Origin: an uncultured archaeon
GTDB taxonomy: Archaea > Aenigmatarchaeota > Aenigmatarchaeia > GW2011-AR5
Length of the DNA stretch: 16,994 bases
Direction of reading: 5' to 3'
Assembly (NCBI GenBank): GCA_964373695.1
Contig: CAYJVT010000016.1
Span: 1 to 16,994 of the forward strand
The stretch's first letter is position 1. Every line of letters begins with the position of its first letter. Of this stretch, positions 15,271 to 16,994 are shown one piece after another. Made by a program: the position numbers and the translations under genes. A model generated the notes under the pieces. That model had not been told where the DNA came from. It saw nothing but the letters and a program-made list of their open reading frames with translations, and searched no databases.

Positions 15271-16044
15271 TCATCGTTTCCCAACATGGAGAAGCCCTGC
15301 GATTTTGCCGATAAACCCCTCATCGTCTTCAAACAAAAGGCTCCCCTCAGCCATAAAATCGGAAAGATGCCTGAAGCATGCGTTAATCCTGCGGGATTTG
15401 GCGATGGCAGGCGTCTTTTCCACGAGACTTTCCATGACCTTCTCGTTGAATGGTATGGAGGCTATGACAGGCAGTCCGACCATTCTTTCCACTTCCCTCT
15501 TTTTTATCTCGTACTTTTTGTTTCTTACCATGTTGAGCACAACACCAAGCGGCTTGATGTGAAGCTCCTCGCAGAGCTTCCTGCACTTTATCAAATCAGC
15601 AGTGCTGTGCACTATAGGGTTCGTGACAAGCAATGCCTCATGCGCCGCTTCAAGCGTTATAAGGGATTCACGATTGAAGCCAGGCGACGAGTCGAGTATG
15701 ATAAACTCGTATTTATCCAATATTCCGGAAAGCTTTTCCTTTACGATATGCCAGTCAACATCTTGCAAGTCCTCGAGCTTGAGCGATGCCGGTATTATAC
15801 TTATGCCTGATGGATGCTCGTATATGGCTTTTTCTATCGGTATATGACCTTTTAATGCGTCATTGAGCGTTGCCGGCGTTGAGTAGATGCCAAGATAAAG
15901 ACCTACATGAGACGTCGTGATGTTGCAGTCAACGACAAGCGTCTTCTTGCCATGGTACTTGTGCAATGCAGCGGCTAGATTTATTGAGACTATCGTCTTC
16001 CCTACGCCGCCCTTGCCTGAAATTACGCCTACAACACGCGACAT
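15271..16044 (-). CDS. minD: MinD-family P-loop ATPase (archaeal MinD-like)
   Basis: Deviant Walker A SGKGGVGKT, LVVDCN, IILDSSPG and GVVLN motifs. C-terminal amphipathic helix FIGKIAGLLH. Confidence 0.88.
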   Translation of the reverse strand: MSRVVGVISGKGGVGKTIVSINLAAALHKYHGKKTLVVDCNITTSHVGLYLGIYSTPATLNDALKGHIPIEKAIYEHPSGISIIPASLKLEDLQDVDWHIVKEKLSGILDKYEFIILDSSPGFNRESLITLEAAHEALLVTNPIVHSTADLIKCRKLCEELHIKPLGVVLNMVRNKKYEIKKREVERMVGLPVIASIPFNEKVMESLVEKTPAIAKSRRINACFRHLSDFMAEGSLLFEDDEGFIGKIAGLLHVGKR

Positions 16045-16068
16045 TAATTATAGATTGTTGCACGGGGG

Positions 16069-16075
16069 TATAAAA
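16069..16075 (-). promoter_or_regulatory. TATA box for minD
   Basis: Minus-strand TTTTATA 25-31 nt upstream of ATG 16044, preceded by AAAGCA. Confidence 0.5.
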
Positions 16076-16082
16076 TGCTTTA

Positions 16083-16802
16083 TTACCCGAAAGTGAAGGT
16101 GTACAGCCGGAACTCGCCGGCGGGGATGAGCTCTATCAGATGCGTTCCCGAAAGCGGCGAGGAGACCAGGTTGTAGAGCCGCTCCCCGTCTATATCGGCA
16201 TACGTCCTGCCGGCTTCCTCCGCGATATCAGAGCCTTTGTCGCGGACAGGCTTCCTGTCCAGAAGGATTTCCGCCCTTCCCAGACCGGCGGCGACTATGT
16301 TGACGTCCTTCGCAAGGTATACTAAGGAGAGCTTTGCGTCCGACACGGCCTCCATGCTGTCCGGGCCGTTCTTCCACATGCACTCGAGATATACAAGGTT
16401 GGGCTGGGCGACCCCCGTCCTTGAATAAACGACAGCTTCTCCCGGGCGGAAGCCCTCCGCGTTGCCCAGGGGCTGGCGGGCGAAGTTGTAGCCCAGATAC
16501 AATTCAGGCGTGCCGACATTGCGCTCCTCCGCGCTCCCGTTCACCATGGGAAGCTTCAGGCCGAGCAGATGCTGTATCACCTTCTCGGTCTCCTCGTAGC
16601 CGCCCTCGCCTATGTGGTCGTAGACAATGCTACCCTCCTTGTCAATAATATATTTCCTCGGCCAGTAGCTGTTCCCGTAAGCGCGCCACATCGCATAATC
16701 ATTGTCCATGGCAACCGCGTACTTTATGCCGAATTTGTCCACCGCCGCCCTGACGTTGCCCTCGTCCTTCTCGAAATCGAACTCCGGCGTGTGCATGCCT
16801 AT
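16083..16802 (-). pseudogene. 5'-truncated DipZ-like thioredoxin-family protein (redoxin C-terminal half plus DipZ C-terminal domain), no CxxC
   Basis: IGMHTPEFDFEK, DNDY..W..YGN.YWP..YIID, TPELYLG and terminal LYTFTFG match DipZ-type proteins. The WxxxCxxC segment expected upstream is absent. The track's first codons (from 16832) overlap the hicA tail. A shorter protein from ATG 16796 is possible. Confidence 0.65.
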
Positions 16803-16818
16803 ATGAAATGACAACCAA

Positions 16819-16994
16819 TCAAATTTTTTCATTCAATTCTTCTTTAGAAATTCCAGCTTGTTTCAGTATGGCGTTCAGAGTCCCTTTCTTGAGAACTTTA
16901 TGCAAAGGGACTGAAAATACGACCTTATCTCTCTGCAAAACAACATGCTGCCTTTTTGCCGTATTGGATGATAATCAAAATGTTTATTGGCTTT
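16819..16994 (-). pseudogene. hicA: HicA-family toxin, 5'-partial, with a 1-nt frameshift as sequenced
   Basis: One frame gives KANKHFDYHPIRQKGS (16994-16947). The shifted frame gives HVVLQRDKVVFSVPLHKVLKKGTLNAILKQAGISKEELNEKI* (16947-16819). Together they restore the HicA RQKGSH...VPLH...GTL..IL.QAG pattern. Confidence 0.8.

Noticed and set aside
16083-16832. ORF-track start MKKFDWLSFH for the thioredoxin-like protein
   Set aside because: These codons overlap the AT-rich hicA tail and show no similarity to the expected DipZ sequence.
16879-16912. 9-bp inverted repeat AGTCCCTTT...AAAGGGACT
   Set aside because: It lies inside hicA coding sequence (VPL...KGT) with a 16-nt loop, unlike the triloop family, and is probably coincidental.

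Overview
Archaeal window. TATA/BRE-type promoters, a PGF-pre-PGF domain, an archaeal-type MinD and abundant N-X-S/T sequons point to a DPANN-like lineage (inference). Most genes are on the minus strand and most encode cell-surface proteins. Recognisable housekeeping-type genes are a HAD hydrolase, a lone Fe-S-type purF and minD. The most unusual part is 9852-16044: MinD is followed by a four-gene cassette built from two interleaved paralog pairs. B' (882 aa, predicted beta-propeller plus a C-terminal 'B domain') and B (small secreted, heavily glycosylatable B-domain protein with an N-terminal beta-strand extension) form one pair. A' (lipoprotein) and A (membrane-anchored) form the other. The architecture resembles a tip adhesin plus major subunit of an undescribed fibre. 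Downstream of B lies a ~245-bp non-coding array of eight perfect hairpins, all with 3-nt loops and mostly 26-28 bp apart. Related hairpins and a TCTGCAGA palindrome recur in other 3' intergenic regions. The ORF track misses two things: a signal peptide cut off from the PGF-pre-PGF gene by a 1-nt shift in an A9 tract, and a frameshifted hicA toxin gene abutting a 5'-truncated DipZ-like gene. No database search was run; family calls rest on motif recognition. No tRNA, rRNA, CRISPR array or transposase was seen.
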